Of a DNA stretch of 64,000 nt, positions 11,857 through 24,454 are shown in pieces; position 1 is the first letter of the stretch, and each line of letters begins with the position of its first letter. This DNA is from Carcharhinus longimanus (Eukaryota): the NCBI GenBank assembly GCA_030264375.1, contig JASCQW010000168.1:12438752-12502751 (forward strand). Direction: 5' to 3'. A program made the translations under genes and the position numbers. The notes below the pieces were generated by a model. It was given only the letters and a program-made list of their open reading frames with translations, was not told where the DNA came from and did no database searches.

Positions 11857-13089
11857 AGCTGTAACCTTGTTGCAACCCTTCCAGATACATGGCCGGCCCT
11901 AATTGTGTTCCTGGATGGAGCTTACAGGAAACATATTAATGTTCAAATAACTTCCTTAGGATCTCATTTGTGAACTTGGAGGCCAGTTCAATGGCCGCTT
12001 GAGATGCTCCCGCCCCTCCAGCTGGAAATAACATGGGCGTGAATTGGCACAGGTCTTGAAAAGCAGGGACCTGGCAGACTGAGCACCGAAAGGACCAAGG
12101 AGATAAGTTGCCACTTGAAAGTTATACTGGGGTGTGGGGGAGGTCTCACTAAGCACCTGTGGGTGGTGGTGTCCATGTTGGTAGTTAGAGGGACCTTGGA
12201 GGTTCCTTATCCCCACACCACAACCCCAGGACATGCCCTCTTGCTGTGGGGGAAGAGTTGAATGCTGCTCTCAGGCAACTGACCTGTAATTATGTAGCTT
12301 CGTGTCAATTGCATGTCTCACTTGTGATGTCTGCTCCTCCAGTGATAATGTCATGTGCCTTGTCCATCTGTGAGTCTGCATTAATCTCAAAGGAATCCAT
12401 AGGTACACTGGGCATGTTTGACTTAGTGACCTTGACTTGTTGGCACACCCCCATGAACTGTTCCTACACAGTGGGGTTGTCAGGTGTATTTGGGATCTTG
12501 CCTTTAAAGACTGACTGTGGCGCTTGTACAAATCCTCTCAATGCCTCTCAGTCACAGCTGTGGAACTGGTTAAGAAGAGGGTCAGTTGAGGAGAGTTAAG
12601 TGAATGAGCACGTCAACAAGTGTCAGATGAATCAGTGTTCTGCCAGTCAACCCATGTAACATCGATGAATTGCTTGTTGAGTCAATCACTCAAGGCCTCA
12701 TTAAGGCTCTCACCCTTCTGTCACAGCTTTGCAGCTGCTCAATCTGGCCACATCCACCCTCTGGCCTTCCTGCTGGCATGGGCGCTTAGCCCCAAATCAG
12801 GAGAATGGGGCCTATATGCGTGCATCCAAATTCCTCACCTCAGCATCATGTTTCTGTTGCAACTGTTCAACCATCTTAATTTCCAAGAGGACTTGTGTGG
12901 AATTTATACTGGATAAAACACACTACATCAATTGTTCAAAGGAATCAAGTGTCAGGACAAGGATCTGGAAGAAAGGTAATAGAATGGAACTCTTCAACAT
13001 ATCTCTCTAGTCCCTGTATCCATAACTATACTGTCATTCATTATATGAACAAAGTTATTTATTGGTAACATGTCATGTTATTTTAATCA

Positions 13090-13545
13090 TAGTGCAGAGG
13101 CCTGAACTAATGATCCAGCAACATGAGTCCAAATCTCACCATTCCAGCTAGGGAATTTAAACTGAACTAATTGAATAAATCTAGAATAACAAGGTAGGAT
13201 GGAGACCATGAATCTAGCAGATTGTCAAAAAAACCTATCTGGATCACTAGGGAAAGAAAACTGCCATCCTTATGCAATATGGTCTTATGTGATTCCAGAT
13301 CCATAGCAATGGTTGACTTTTAATTGACCTGGGAAAAAAATGCTAAATGGGAAAGAACACTTGGCATCACGCCAGGCTCCAAGTACGTCAAGGGCCCAGC
13401 AAAAACATCCTCACTAGCGTCTGGGAACTTGCACCAAGATTTGGAAAGCTGTTCCACACACTAGTNNNNNNNNNNATGTGCTCAAAGAATCATACCAACA
13501 TCCTAGATCCCTCCACCACTATCCCTGGCTAGGTCCTGTCCCTGG
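13090..13545 (+). mobile_element. 5' end of CR1/L2-group LINE (SINE-like head plus start of APE endonuclease)
   Basis: Head matches the reverse complement of 25700-25990 and 40050-40316; followed by NILTSVWELAPRFGKLFHTL..KESY..DPSTTIPG. Confidence 0.7.
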
Positions 13546-13779
13546 GGGACAGCTGTAAATATACTGACCCTACTATAACCTAGTCCTAATTCAACTGAAA
13601 ACTGAAATTTTGTTTCATGCATCTGTAGCATTAGCCTGTGGTTCATTCTCAAATACACAAATTAAATCAAAGTGTCAAAACTTAAAATAATTTTCTCCAA
13701 AATAAATTATTCCTGCTTCACAAGAAGCACCCACAAAGGAGAAAACCTTTAATTGTATATCGTAATGTTATTTGGTAAA

Positions 13780-14419
13780 TATAGCTTGAGTAACCTTTAT
13801 CCACAAATCCAAAAACCAAACACATCCAAAAGCCACACTTTTTTTTAACCGCATTGCCATTTAGCACAGGAAGTAACCCAGGCTGACATGACCAGAGCTG
13901 ACATGAACATCATCAACTGCATCGGACCTTTATTGTTCAGTGGTACATCTTGCTTTTCTAGCCATGTTATTTATTTTAGACCATAGCTGGCCACTAGGTT
14001 TAGGTCATTGGAATGTAAGTAGGCCTAGGTCTATGGGTGACACAGTGGTTAGCGCTGCTGCCTCACAGCGCCAGGGACCTGGGTTCGATTTCCGGTTTGG
14101 ATCAGTCTGTGTGCAGTCTGCACATTCTCCTCGTGTCCGCGTAGGTTTCCCCTGGGTGCTCCAGTTTCTTCCTGCAGTCCGAAAGACATGCTGGTTAGGT
14201 GCATTGGCGTGCTAAATTCTCCCTCGGTGTAACCGAACAGGTGCCAGAGTGTGGCGACTAGGGGATTTTCATAGTAACTTCATTGCAGTGTTAATGTAAG
14301 CCTACTTGTGACATTAATAAATAAACTTTAAACTATTTGTGGTATCTGAAAACCAAAATTACCTGAAACCCAAATGCAATCAGCCCCAGGGGTTTCGGAT
14401 AAAGGATACTTGAAGTGTA
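13780..14419. mobile_element. Tigger/pogo-like MITE interrupted by a SINE
   Basis: Imperfect TIRs (ta)tagcttgagtaacctttatcc and ggataaaggatacttgaagtg(ta); second copy in opposite orientation at 58264-58919. Confidence 0.65.
14035..14333 (+). mobile_element. tRNA-derived V-type SINE, full length, Rex1-like tail
   Basis: gacacagtggttagcgctgctgcctcacagcgccagggacctgggttcgatttcc (A and B boxes); tail cctacttgtgacattaataaataaacttt. Confidence 0.85.
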
Positions 14420-16115
14420 TAATAATCTGGCAGGGGAAATTAGTAACTTATGGGGAGTTGTAAAGCATTTGCTTCAACACAGTCTTCTCTTCTGTTGTAT
14501 GTAATACTTAAAGTAAGTTTTCATTTTGAATTTATGTAGGTTTATAGGGAAAGATAATCATCTCCCTCTCATTTGAATGCTCTCATTATGAAAAATGACA
14601 GATCAGATTGCCATGGCTAATTCCAGATAAGGTTGTGTTTCTTGTCATAAAATGACATATTTTAAATCTGACCTTGAACAGTTATTTTAAATAAGTGAAA
14701 ATAGCTGTTAAAATATACTGTAAGAGAAAAGGACTTGAAGAAACGTGATCCAGGTTTTAGAATACAGCAAGATATGGATAATATAAATACTGCTAATTTA
14801 TAAATAATTGCCAAACCAAAAGACAGAAATACAAGGTTGCAAAATCTTAAATAAGAGTGTATTTGTGCTTTAATGTCCAAAGCACACTAAAGGCATTATA
14901 ACATCGGTGTATAAATTCATTCCTTTCATTTCTTTAAAATGATAGAAATATAGTTTGTTTTATATCTTGGCTTATTTTTATTTCCCTTTGGGGAATAGTG
15001 GCGAAATGTTGGCAGGATTAACAAGTTGATTATCAGCCTGGTTGAACAAGTCCAGGAGTGTGACTAAACCTGTAGCTTGGACTCAGAGGCAGAGGTGCTA
15101 CCTACTAATAAATCACAAAACCTTCAATATAAAATAGTTCGCTTCTTCTATGACTGCGGAAGTGCCAATTAGAACTGAATAATATAGATAGTTTATAATT
15201 TTACATCGATCTGTCAGATTAGTGTGACATTACCTTTTATTTGGTTTAGGGAAGAGTGGGTGAGGAATGCAGGAAGGAACATCAAAGTTTTACTAGTTGG
15301 AGCTTTTTCATCTCACACTGAATCCAATAAAGTATAAATCTTTTATGATCTGCTGCAAGGAATGTGGAATCTGAGTGGGTTTCTCCCATTTCATACATTT
15401 TAATATTTTTGTGCGCAGACAGTTACAGTAGTAGTGCCCAGAGTCACCAGAGTGATGTCATGATAGGATTATATCTTAAACAATCAGAAGGCTGTATGGT
15501 AATGTGTGATTGTGAATAGATGTCTGGCTCATTTGAAGGCGATATATAGCACATATACTCAAATTGTTACTCTGAAACATAAAATCCATTTCTGTTTACA
15601 ATCTGCTTGCCCTGAATGATATATTCTAAAATTCATAAATGCTCAACAGATAACTTGAAAAAGTGTTTCTCAGTGACCAAAAGAAGGAATCATGTGACAA
15701 GATTTCAGTTTTAAATTTTTTCTATAACAAACACACCAAAATCAACATTGACTAAACATTGCTTAGTCGGCAACTAATACACTGAATGTCATTCCCCATT
15801 AACTTCCAAATACAACCAAAAATGCCATGCCACATTTTGACATTACACTGCACTCTTATGTTTGAAGTCCTAATCTCCTCTTCCATCCAGGCTTTAATAG
15901 GATTTCTTATCTCTGTCCCACCAAGGGAAATCTTTCGATTAAACAAAATCCTCTTTACTCAATATTCTGAGCATATTCGATTGGACTTCTAATAGAAAGG
16001 TACCCTGTGGCTTTATTTTTTCACTCTTCACAAGCTTCATTTCTTTGAACAAGGGATCCACGCTCACCAGCACTCTGCTTGGTGGTTAACTGAAACAATC
16101 CTTTTTTTCCCTGTG

Positions 16116-17289
16116 TGTTGGGACATCAAGTACATAATTCGTATGTTTTAGAATATAACTTAGTTTTAGGAATTAAAGTGTTAAATGTAAGATAAGTGGA
16201 AACACTGATTGAGAAATGGGTACACAACCCCTGAGGTAAATACAATTCAAATCAACTTGAGTTAATTACAGTTAAAAGCTAACCTATGTTTTTATCTTAC
16301 AAGAACAGAAGTAGAACTTAAACAATGGATGATTAGTCCTGAGGTTCTTAATGGAGTACAAAGTCTCACAATACCAGGTTTAAGTCTAACCATTTGGACT
16401 TAAACCTGGTGTTGTAAGACTTCTTACTGTGTTTACCCCAGTCCAACGCTGGCATCTCTACATCATTCTTAATGGAACCAGAAGGCCTACCCTTACTTCA
16501 CTAAACCATTTAAATTATTTATGTAGTTCCCAGTTGAATGAAGTGGAATGCTAGCAACTCTGGGTGAGAGGGCCATAAAACTTCATTGGAGATGTATATT
16601 ACTTATGAGTCAAATCAAAGAGTTATGTTGAAGGTAGAATTAGTTAATTTATATGGTTTTGGAACATCGCAAGTATGCCACCTTATCATGGAGATGGGCT
16701 ATCAGGATTCTTTTGTTTAATTTATCTGGATGTTTCACAGAAGGCAGTTGTAGTTTTAGTCTTATGTAGATCACAGCTCACTTAGAGTTTGAGAGGAACG
16801 GAGACCCTAGCTTGAAGCTGCAGGAAGAAAACTACAGTGAGACCCGTAGTGAAAACAAGCCATCAGATTAAAGAATGTAATGAAGCTTAAGTTTGAACTG
16901 AGAAGCTCACAGTCTTTGACTTTGAAAGAAAATTGGAGAGTAGCTTAGAATTCCCATGACGTTTCATACTTTGGACATTAGCTGGAACACTGAAGAGAAA
17001 TCAGAATTAATTTTGCAGGACTGTGGCATACCTTTGGTTCCAGGAAAAGTAAATTAACCTTCAAGATTTCATACATTAAAACAACCCTTGGGGAGAAGTA
17101 AATGTAAAACTGGATTCTTAGAATATGTAGTTATAGACTATAGTGCTAAATTGATTGCTTTCCTTATTTTTTGTTCATATGTAGAATAATGTTTTCATGT
17201 GTAAACATGAAATCTTGTGATGTAATTTCTTTCATATGGATGTTTGAACTCCTCTTTAAATGTTAGCTGTCTCTACAGAGATCATAACA
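16116..17289. mobile_element. Possible solo LTR-like repeat
   Basis: TGTT...AACA termini and LTR-like composition; no convincing TSD, boundaries uncertain. Confidence 0.3.
16356..16465. mobile_element. Short fold-back Penelope-derived element with TSD
   Basis: aagtctcacaataccaggtttaagtc / gacttaaacctggtgttgtaagactt hairpin ending ggcatctctacatc; perfect 11 bp TSD ttcttaatgga at 16345-16355 and 16466-16476. Confidence 0.75.
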
Positions 17290-17649
17290 CTTGGGATAGC
17301 AGCATTTCTTGGGGGCCATCTTCGTCAAATCTCTGCCTGATGGACTCTGAGAGTTTGAACACCAAAAGACCAGTTGCCTCCTCTTTATATATGCAAGTGT
17401 TAAGACTGCCATCTTATTGTCAATAAGTTTTGACATAAGCCCCTGTCTCCTAGCAACCAGGCTATCTGCCAGAAAGATTTCATCAGCAGTCACGATCCCC
17501 TCCCCAAAACAGCTAAAACTACTTTTACTTTAAATGAAAGGAGACAGTTTAAAACATATCTACTTATAAAGTCTAGTGTTCCAAACACACTGAAAGAACG
17601 CATCATCCCCTGTTGTGGTTTCTGTAAATGTTTTACTGTATTTTACATC

Positions 17650-17970
17650 TTTCAGATGAGACAATTATTCAGGGCCCCATTAGCCCTCTCACATGGATGT
17701 AAAAGATCCCATGGCACAATTGCAAAGAAGAGCAGTTATCTCTCTTGTGCTGGACAATATTTATCCCTCAGTCAAAATCACTAAAAACAAATAATCTGGT
17801 CATTATCATTGTTGCTCTTTATGGGACCTTGCTGTGTCCAAATTGCTTGCCTCATCTCCTAAACATGACAACAGTGATGACATTTCAAAAACGTGTACTT
17901 CATTGGCTGTAAAATGCTTTGAAACATCCAGAGGTTATGAAACGCCTTACATAAATGCAAGTGTTTCTTT
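17650..17970 (+). mobile_element. DeuSINE-like element (Deu domain plus L2-type tail)
   Basis: tggatgtaaaagatcccatggcac...gaagagcag...aatatttatccctca...ttgctgtg..aaattg...cattggctgtaaaatgctttgaaacatcc...ataaatgcaagt. Confidence 0.75.
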
Positions 17971-18294
17971 AAAAAAAAACCCTTCACAAAGCCTTACAAA
18001 TTGTGTGTTCTTAAGCAGTGCATCTATGCAATATAGTATTCTTTTGCTTCACTAGTAATTTTCAATGATTAAAAAGTTGGCAAAACAGTCTGATTAGACA
18101 ATCTGCTCTTTTCATTCAGTCAAAAATAAGTGGTGTCCTGTACTGACATTGCAAGGTTAGCCCAATAAAAGGTAGGTTTTGTGTGAGCTGTAGTTAAGCT
18201 ATGACCAGTGCAAAACAAGTTGATGGATGCAATCTGTGGGAGATATCTTAATTTCCCTCAGTACTTCCAAATTATGGAGTAAGTTATTCATATT

Positions 18295-19258
18295 GTTGGA
18301 GATTAATCATCTCAGTTCCAGGACCTCATTGCAGGGTTTCCTCAGGGAAGTGTTCTATGCCCCAACCATCTTCATCAATGACCTTCCTTCTATCACAAGG
18401 TCAGAAGTAGAAATGTTCACAGACGACTGTAGTGTTCAGCATTGTTCATTCCTCAGATACTGAAGCAGTTCATGTCCGAATACAGCAAGACCTGGACAAT
18501 ATCCAGACTTAGGTTGACAAATGGCAAGTAACATTCGCACCACTCAAGTGCCAGGCAATGACCACCTCCAACAAAAGAGGTTTTGACCATCGCCCCTTGA
18601 CATTCAATGGCATTAGTATCACTGAATGCCCACAATCAACATCCTGGAGATTAGCATTGACCAGAATCTGAATTGGTATAGCCATGTAAATACTGTGGCT
18701 ACTCTTGAGCCCCCCCAAAACCTGTCCACTATCTACAAGACAGAAGTCAGGAATGACTAACTAACACTCCACTTAGTTAGATGAATACAGCTTCAATAAC
18801 ACTGAAGAAGCTTGACATCATCCAGGAAAAATCAGCCTACTTGATGGCTACCTCTTCCACAAACATTCCACCACTAATAGACAGTGGCAGCAGTGCGTGC
18901 TACATACAAGAAGCACTCATAAACTCACCAAAGTTCCTTAGGCAGTGACTTCCAAACCTACAACCACTACTATCTAGAAGGACAAGAGCAGCAGATAGCC
19001 AGGATCACACCACCCTAGAGGTTCCCCTCCAAGTCATTCACCATCCTGACTTGGAAATATATTGCTGTTCCTTCACTGTCGCTGTTCCTTCACTGTCGCT
19101 GTGCCAAAATCCATCCCTCTCTAACAGCACTGTGGCTGTACTTACACTTGAGAGATTGCAGTGGTTCACCATCACCCTCTGAAGGGCAACTAGGCACAGG
19201 CAATAATTGCTGGCCGAGCCAACGACAACAGCAACATATTTAGAAGTGAATTTTAAAA
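18295..19258 (+). mobile_element. CR1/L2-group LINE, RT C-terminal part and 3' end, decayed
   Basis: PQGSVL..PTIF..INDLPSITRSEVEMFTDDC..QQDLDNIQ..KWQVTFAPLKCQAM; 3' end agggcaactagg..gcaataattgctggcc shared with the SINE at 39970. Confidence 0.8.
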
Positions 19259-19430
19259 TATATATGTTTATTTGAGTTGTAAAAGTAGCTTTAATGTGTG
19301 CAAGCCATACATATCTAATTCTTGTATGGATCCCCTACCATACTGATTACTCGGTCTCATCAAAACCACAGCATTGCAACACCATGTGACATGAAAGCTG
19401 CTGAACTGTCATGCCTTGTAGTCAGAGATA

Positions 19431-19733
19431 TCACAGAATCCCTACAGTGCAGAAGGAAGCCATTTGGCCCATCGAGTCTGCACCGACACCAATCCCATCC
19501 AGGCTCTATCCTTAGTTACCCTGCTGATCCCTCTAACCTATCACATCCTGGGAACCTAAGGGTTAACTTAGCATGTCCAATCAACCCAACCCGCACATCT
19601 TTGGACTGTGAGGAAACCGGAGCACCCAAAAGAAACCCACGCAGAAACGGGGAAAACGTGCAAACCCCACACGGACAGTGACCCAAACCGGGAATTGAAC
19701 CCAGGTCCCTAATCACTGTGCCACCATACTGCC
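19431..19733 (-). mobile_element. HE1-like SINE (CR1-type tail)
   Basis: Reverse complement of 59421-59735; B-box ggttcaattcc, tail gatgggccaaatggcttccttctgcactgtagggattct. Confidence 0.85.
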
Positions 19734-20154
19734 ATGATGATAGGTGCAAAATGCAGTGCTGGATAGATCTAAAATATTGCTCAAGTTGCTGTTTTAGAAA
19801 GAGGGGAGCAACTTTGCAGGACTTTTGCTCATGGTAGGAATGAGTTTGATATGATTAATAATCTTTCACACATTGTGCTTTCTTATGGAACCTGAATTGT
19901 CACCATTCTTCATTGATCACAGCATAGGTCAAGCCAGTAAAAGTTGTACTGTCGAACTTCTGGGGAACAATTATTTTGAAGGAATTTGTTTTTTCTGTGG
20001 GATTACTAAACCTGCAAATAAATTGAAAGTCTGAAAATTCAATCATGTCATACTTTTACAATGCGACCAGTTATCTATTAGCAGCTTAGCAAATGGTGTT
20101 TCCCATTATAGCAATAGAGTGATGTAACATAAAGCACGTTCTCTAATGTAGTGG

Positions 20155-20400
20155 TAGTCAAGTGGATGTTAAAAATCCAATGACACTGCTCAAAGAAGAA
20201 CAGTAATTCTCTGTGGCTTATCCGAGTGCCATCAATCACTGTCACCAAAAAGAGGAATTAACTAGTCAGTCATCTCGTCACTTCCATGTTAGCCAACATA
20301 ACCATGTCACTGCAGTTCCAAGTAATTCATTGTGAAACACTTTGCGACCTTTAAAGCAGTGATAATGTGTGGTGATTAAGTAATGATAGATGCACACTGG
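20155..20400 (+). mobile_element. DeuSINE-like fragment, old
   Basis: agtggatgttaaaaatccaatgacactgctcaaagaagaacag...taattcattgtgaaacactttg; similar to 17690-17960. Confidence 0.5.
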
Positions 20401-21179
20401 TTGTTTCTTTTTCTGCATTACTTACTTTAATGTAACAGTGTTCAAGTTTCTCAGAAGTAGCATTCTCTTCCTTCAGTTGCAGGGGTTTTTATGGTTTATC
20501 CTTTTTTCTGGCCACGTACGTATTCCGCAGTTTTTTTGGAATACATCAACTAACAGGATAACAAAGACTGGATTGCTGCGTAGTTGGGCTGACTCTGGAG
20601 GACTTTAAAAATAGAGGACCCAACCCAGACGCAAAGCTCCCAATGCCATTTTCAGCAGTTTTGTTTGTGGAAGGAAGAGGTGAGGTATGAATCACATGAA
20701 ACTCACACAAAACAGGGTCATTTGAAATTTCTGCTGAGTTCAAACAGATCCTACTTTGGTGATTGTAAGGGCCATGCCTTGTAGTGTGAGAGTCCCAAAT
20801 TGATGGAGGAAACAAACGGTTTTGGTGGATGGACGTCTGTTAAGTCTCATGATCAAAGTTATTTAAAACCATAGCCAGTTCAACGCAAAGCACAGAAGCT
20901 GCAGCTGTCAGTTTATAAAACAAATATGTGTTTCTGGAGTAGATTGATTGACAGNNNNNNNNNNNNNNNNNNNNNNNNNNNNNNNNNNNNNNNNNNNNNN
21001 NNNNNNNNNNNNNNNNNNNNNNNNNNNNNNNNNNNNNNNNNNNNNNNNNNNNNNACCTTTGAAAAAAAAATACCATAACCATCTGTTCCTGCAGTTTTAA
21101 TATGCTCTATTGTTAACACTTCCCAAGGTGTGTTATTACAACTGAACTCATTATGAATGTTTGGCTGAGTTTCAGAATT

Positions 21180-21350
21180 TCCCAGTAATGGCTTATGATC
21201 AATCACTGTGATGAAGTGTCTACTGTAGATGTACTGGTGGAATTTTTTAATGCCAAAGACAACTTCCAACCCCTCTTTTTTGATTTGGGAATACCTCTGT
21301 TCAGTGTCCAAGAGGGCCCTAGATGCATGTGCAATAAACTTCTCCATTTT
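21180..21350 (-). mobile_element. Gypsy pol RNase H N-terminal fragment
   Basis: IAHASRALLDTEQRYSQIKKEGLEVVFGIKKFHQYIYSRHFITVIDHKPLLG. Confidence 0.85.
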
Positions 21351-21384
21351 GAATTGTGATAACCATAAACCTCTGTTGCGTCTC

Positions 21385-22026
21385 TTTTCAGAACAGTAAA
21401 CAATTCCCCCATAGCATCAGCTCAGATGCAATATTGGGCACTATTTTTAAGAGCTTATGAATACACCCTGGAACATTGTTCCATGATACAGGTCACCAGT
21501 AAAGATATTCTGAGCCACCTACCACTACCCACTAGCCTACTTCCACTGCAAAAGATGGACAAAATCATCACGACATTAATTTTCGGAAATGATGCCCTGA
21601 GAATCACTGGAGTTGTCCCCTAAAGAACTGGACCGATCTCATACACCATAAGAATTAGAGACAAGACAATGAAGAAGCATATTGACCACCTCTGCCATTG
21701 GGACCCTTCTACAGAGGCAACTACCACACTGCACATGCCATCATTGGCATCGTGCACACCGACTTGCAGTCAAGAAACTGTACCCTTGGTAGGCTTAAGA
21801 GAAGCCTATGAGGACTATGCCTCAAAAATGGAGACAGGAGGTGATGAAGTTGTAGTCAAAGGTCACTACCGAGGATGAACCACCTACTCCAATGTTCATT
21901 GAGGAAGAGATGGTTACCTACTCGTTACGCACCCCCCCACCCCCACCCGACTGCATACACAATGGAAAGATGGTCCTGATGCCTTAGGATCCAGGAGGGA
22001 ACCCTTGGACTCAAGAGAGGGTGGGA
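21385..22026 (+). mobile_element. Gypsy pol RNase H C-terminal fragment and deleted 3' region with polypurine tract
   Basis: IPPIASAQMQYWALFLRAYEYTLEH..DILSHLPLP; tgaagaagcatattgaccacct (integrase-tail-like KHIDHL); PPT aagagagggtggga at 22013-22026. Confidence 0.7.
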
Positions 22027-22278
22027 TGTGATAACCCTCAGGACTTACATGAGGAATCTCAACTGATCCCACTGTGGGACTCATAGAATACGAGTTCCTG
22101 TGCTAATAGGCCATTGCCTAGGCAGGTGGAGCTCATTAGCCAAGGCAGACCTCTGAATGGGTCAACTGAAATACCATCCTGGATTAGATTCATGTATGCA
22201 CACCACAGGGTTGTGCTTTAACTTTTGATTTAAGAATAAAACATCGCTCCTTTCCAGTCAGCTTCCTGAGTTATTACA
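22027..22278 (+). mobile_element. Gypsy 3' LTR (252 bp)
   Basis: TGTGATAAC...GTTATTACA inverted termini directly after the PPT; internal AATAAA. Confidence 0.7.
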
Positions 22279-23971
22279 GGAATAAATTTCCCGTAATAAT
22301 TCATTAACCCCAGGAAGGATTTCAATTCTGTGGAGTTCAAGTTAGCAGCTCCTTAGTAGCCCTCACCTTGTCCTCAACTGAGTGAAAGCATTTGCCATCC
22401 ACCCAGTAGCCCAAATAAGTCATGGCACTTGCTTGGAAGGCACATTTTTTCTCTTTTCAGGCATACTCAGACCTTTATGAATTACTGTAAGACCTTTTCC
22501 TGTTTTGCTAGGTGTTCACATTCCAAAGTTCCTGTGGCCAAGATGTTATCCAGGTACACTGCTACCCGAGGTAACCCTTAGAATATGCTCTCCATGACCT
22601 GTTGAAAAATGGCACATGCAGATGAAACTCCAAAGGGTAGGCGAGTGTACCCATACGGGCTCCTGTGTATGTTAATTGCCACACAATTCCAGGAAGCTTG
22701 TCTAATTCAAGTTGGAGATATGTATGGCTCATATCCAAGTATGAAATTGCTTGGCTGCCAGTCAAGCTAATGTACAGATCTTCAATCCAGCATGTGGGAT
22801 ACCCTGTTGACGGTAAACTTACAGTCTCCACATAGCTAGACCAACTTATCCAGCTTGAGAACAGCAACAACAACCACCGTCCATTCTGTGAATTGTACAG
22901 GTCTTAATATGCCCGGCTTATCCAGTCGTCCCAGTCCCGACTCTACTTTTATCTACAGGGTGTAAGGAGCTGATCTTGCTCTAAAGTACTTAGGCGTAGC
23001 ATTGGGGCTGACGTAGACCTTAGCTTTGGCTCCCCTTATTTTTCCAAGCCCTTTCTGGAAAACGTTGATGTGGTTATTGATGACTATATAATCTACCTCC
23101 CCTCCCCCCAAATGCACAGCCAGATCCCCAGCCAGTTCAGCCTGATGTCCTGGAGTCAACCTCTCCCTTGAGGCTAGGTCATTGTCCCTATACAATGATA
23201 AGTGCATGTCAAGCTGCCTACTGCCTATAAGTCACTAGGGTCACCACGGTGCTCTTTATCTGTAATGGTTCCCCTATGTAGATGGCTGGCCTGGTCTTTG
23301 TGTCTTCTAAGCTCAGGAACTGAACACCAACCTGGAGGCAATTATAAATCTGTTCCCCAACAACAGAGATGGCTGCCCCCATATCCATTTACATTTTTAA
23401 ATGTGTGGCCATTTACTAGTAATTCCAACATTGTGGAGGGCAATCTTTGTCATGGAGATGCAATTTTATTGTCCATGTTCCTGGCAATGGGCACACTTGC
23501 AGAGTACGGTCCGGTACTGGCCTTGACCCACTTTTGAAACAGCTCACATTTTGATTATCCCTTTCTTTTTTTACCTCCATTGTGGTCTTCTGCAGCACTT
23601 GGCAATCATCCGTCATCTGGCATCTACAACCTTCTAGAATATTCTCCCTAGAAATCAAGGCTGTCCTTGACTGCCTGGTGATGCAACTTGGACTCCACCA
23701 TTGTAAAAGATTCTGAGATGTTTGAGAGATGGACGTTATATGAGGCCCCTACCCGCAACTGGAGGACAGTGCTTTCTGATGTCCCCTGTAGTTCCTGAGC
23801 TCCTTTGTCTGCATTCTCCAATGATAGAGCTATCTCAGTGGCCAAATTGGGTTCTTCCAATAGTTTATTTAGGGATGTCATGTTGTTATTTCCACAGAGC
23901 ACTCTATGTCATAACACATCGTTCAAGGATGGCCTGAATGCATAATAGTGCTCTGGCAACTTTCATAACCT

Positions 23972-24017
23972 GATGTGGGTATGCCGGCGTTGGACTGGCG
24001 TAAACACAGTAAAAAGT
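23972..24017. mobile_element. Very short Penelope-derived terminal insertion with TSD inside Gypsy gag
   Basis: gatgtgggtatgccggcgttggactggcgtaaacacagtaaaaagt flanked by ctttcataacctgat at 23960-23974 and 24018-24032. Confidence 0.75.
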
Positions 24018-24160
24018 CTTTCATAACCTGATCAGAAGTCTGGTGATAGTTTCCTCTGGGGCTTGCCCTGCTTTGTTAAAGCAGTATTGCTAGGGTATTA
24101 ACCAAGTCTGCCAATTTAATAAGGGTTTTGGAGTCAGGGGCATCCAGGTAGTTCAGGCCT

Positions 24161-24454
24161 GGGGTGGCACAGTGGTTAACACTGCTGCCTCACAATCCCA
24201 GGGACCCAGGTTCAATTCCCATTTTGGGTCACTGTGTGGAGTTTACACATTCTCCCCACGTCTGTGTGAGTTTCCTCCGGATGCTCTGGTTACCTCCCAC
24301 AGTCCAAATATGTGCTGGTTAGGTGCATTAGTGGTGCTAAATTCTCCCTCAGTGCACCCAAACAGATGCTGGAGTATGGTGACTAGAGGATTTCCACACT
24401 AACTTCATTGCAGTGTAAATGTAAATCTACTTGTGACTAATAAATAAACTTAGC
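24161..24454 (+). mobile_element. tRNA-derived V-type SINE, Rex1-like tail, nested in Gypsy gag
   Basis: ggcacagtggttaacactgctgcctcac...ggttcaattcc...ctacttgtgactaataaataaactt. Confidence 0.85.

Noticed and set aside
14035-14100. tRNA-like A/B boxes (also at 11562, 24161, 36725, 59421)
   Set aside because: These are SINE heads continuing into SINE bodies, not cloverleaf tRNA genes
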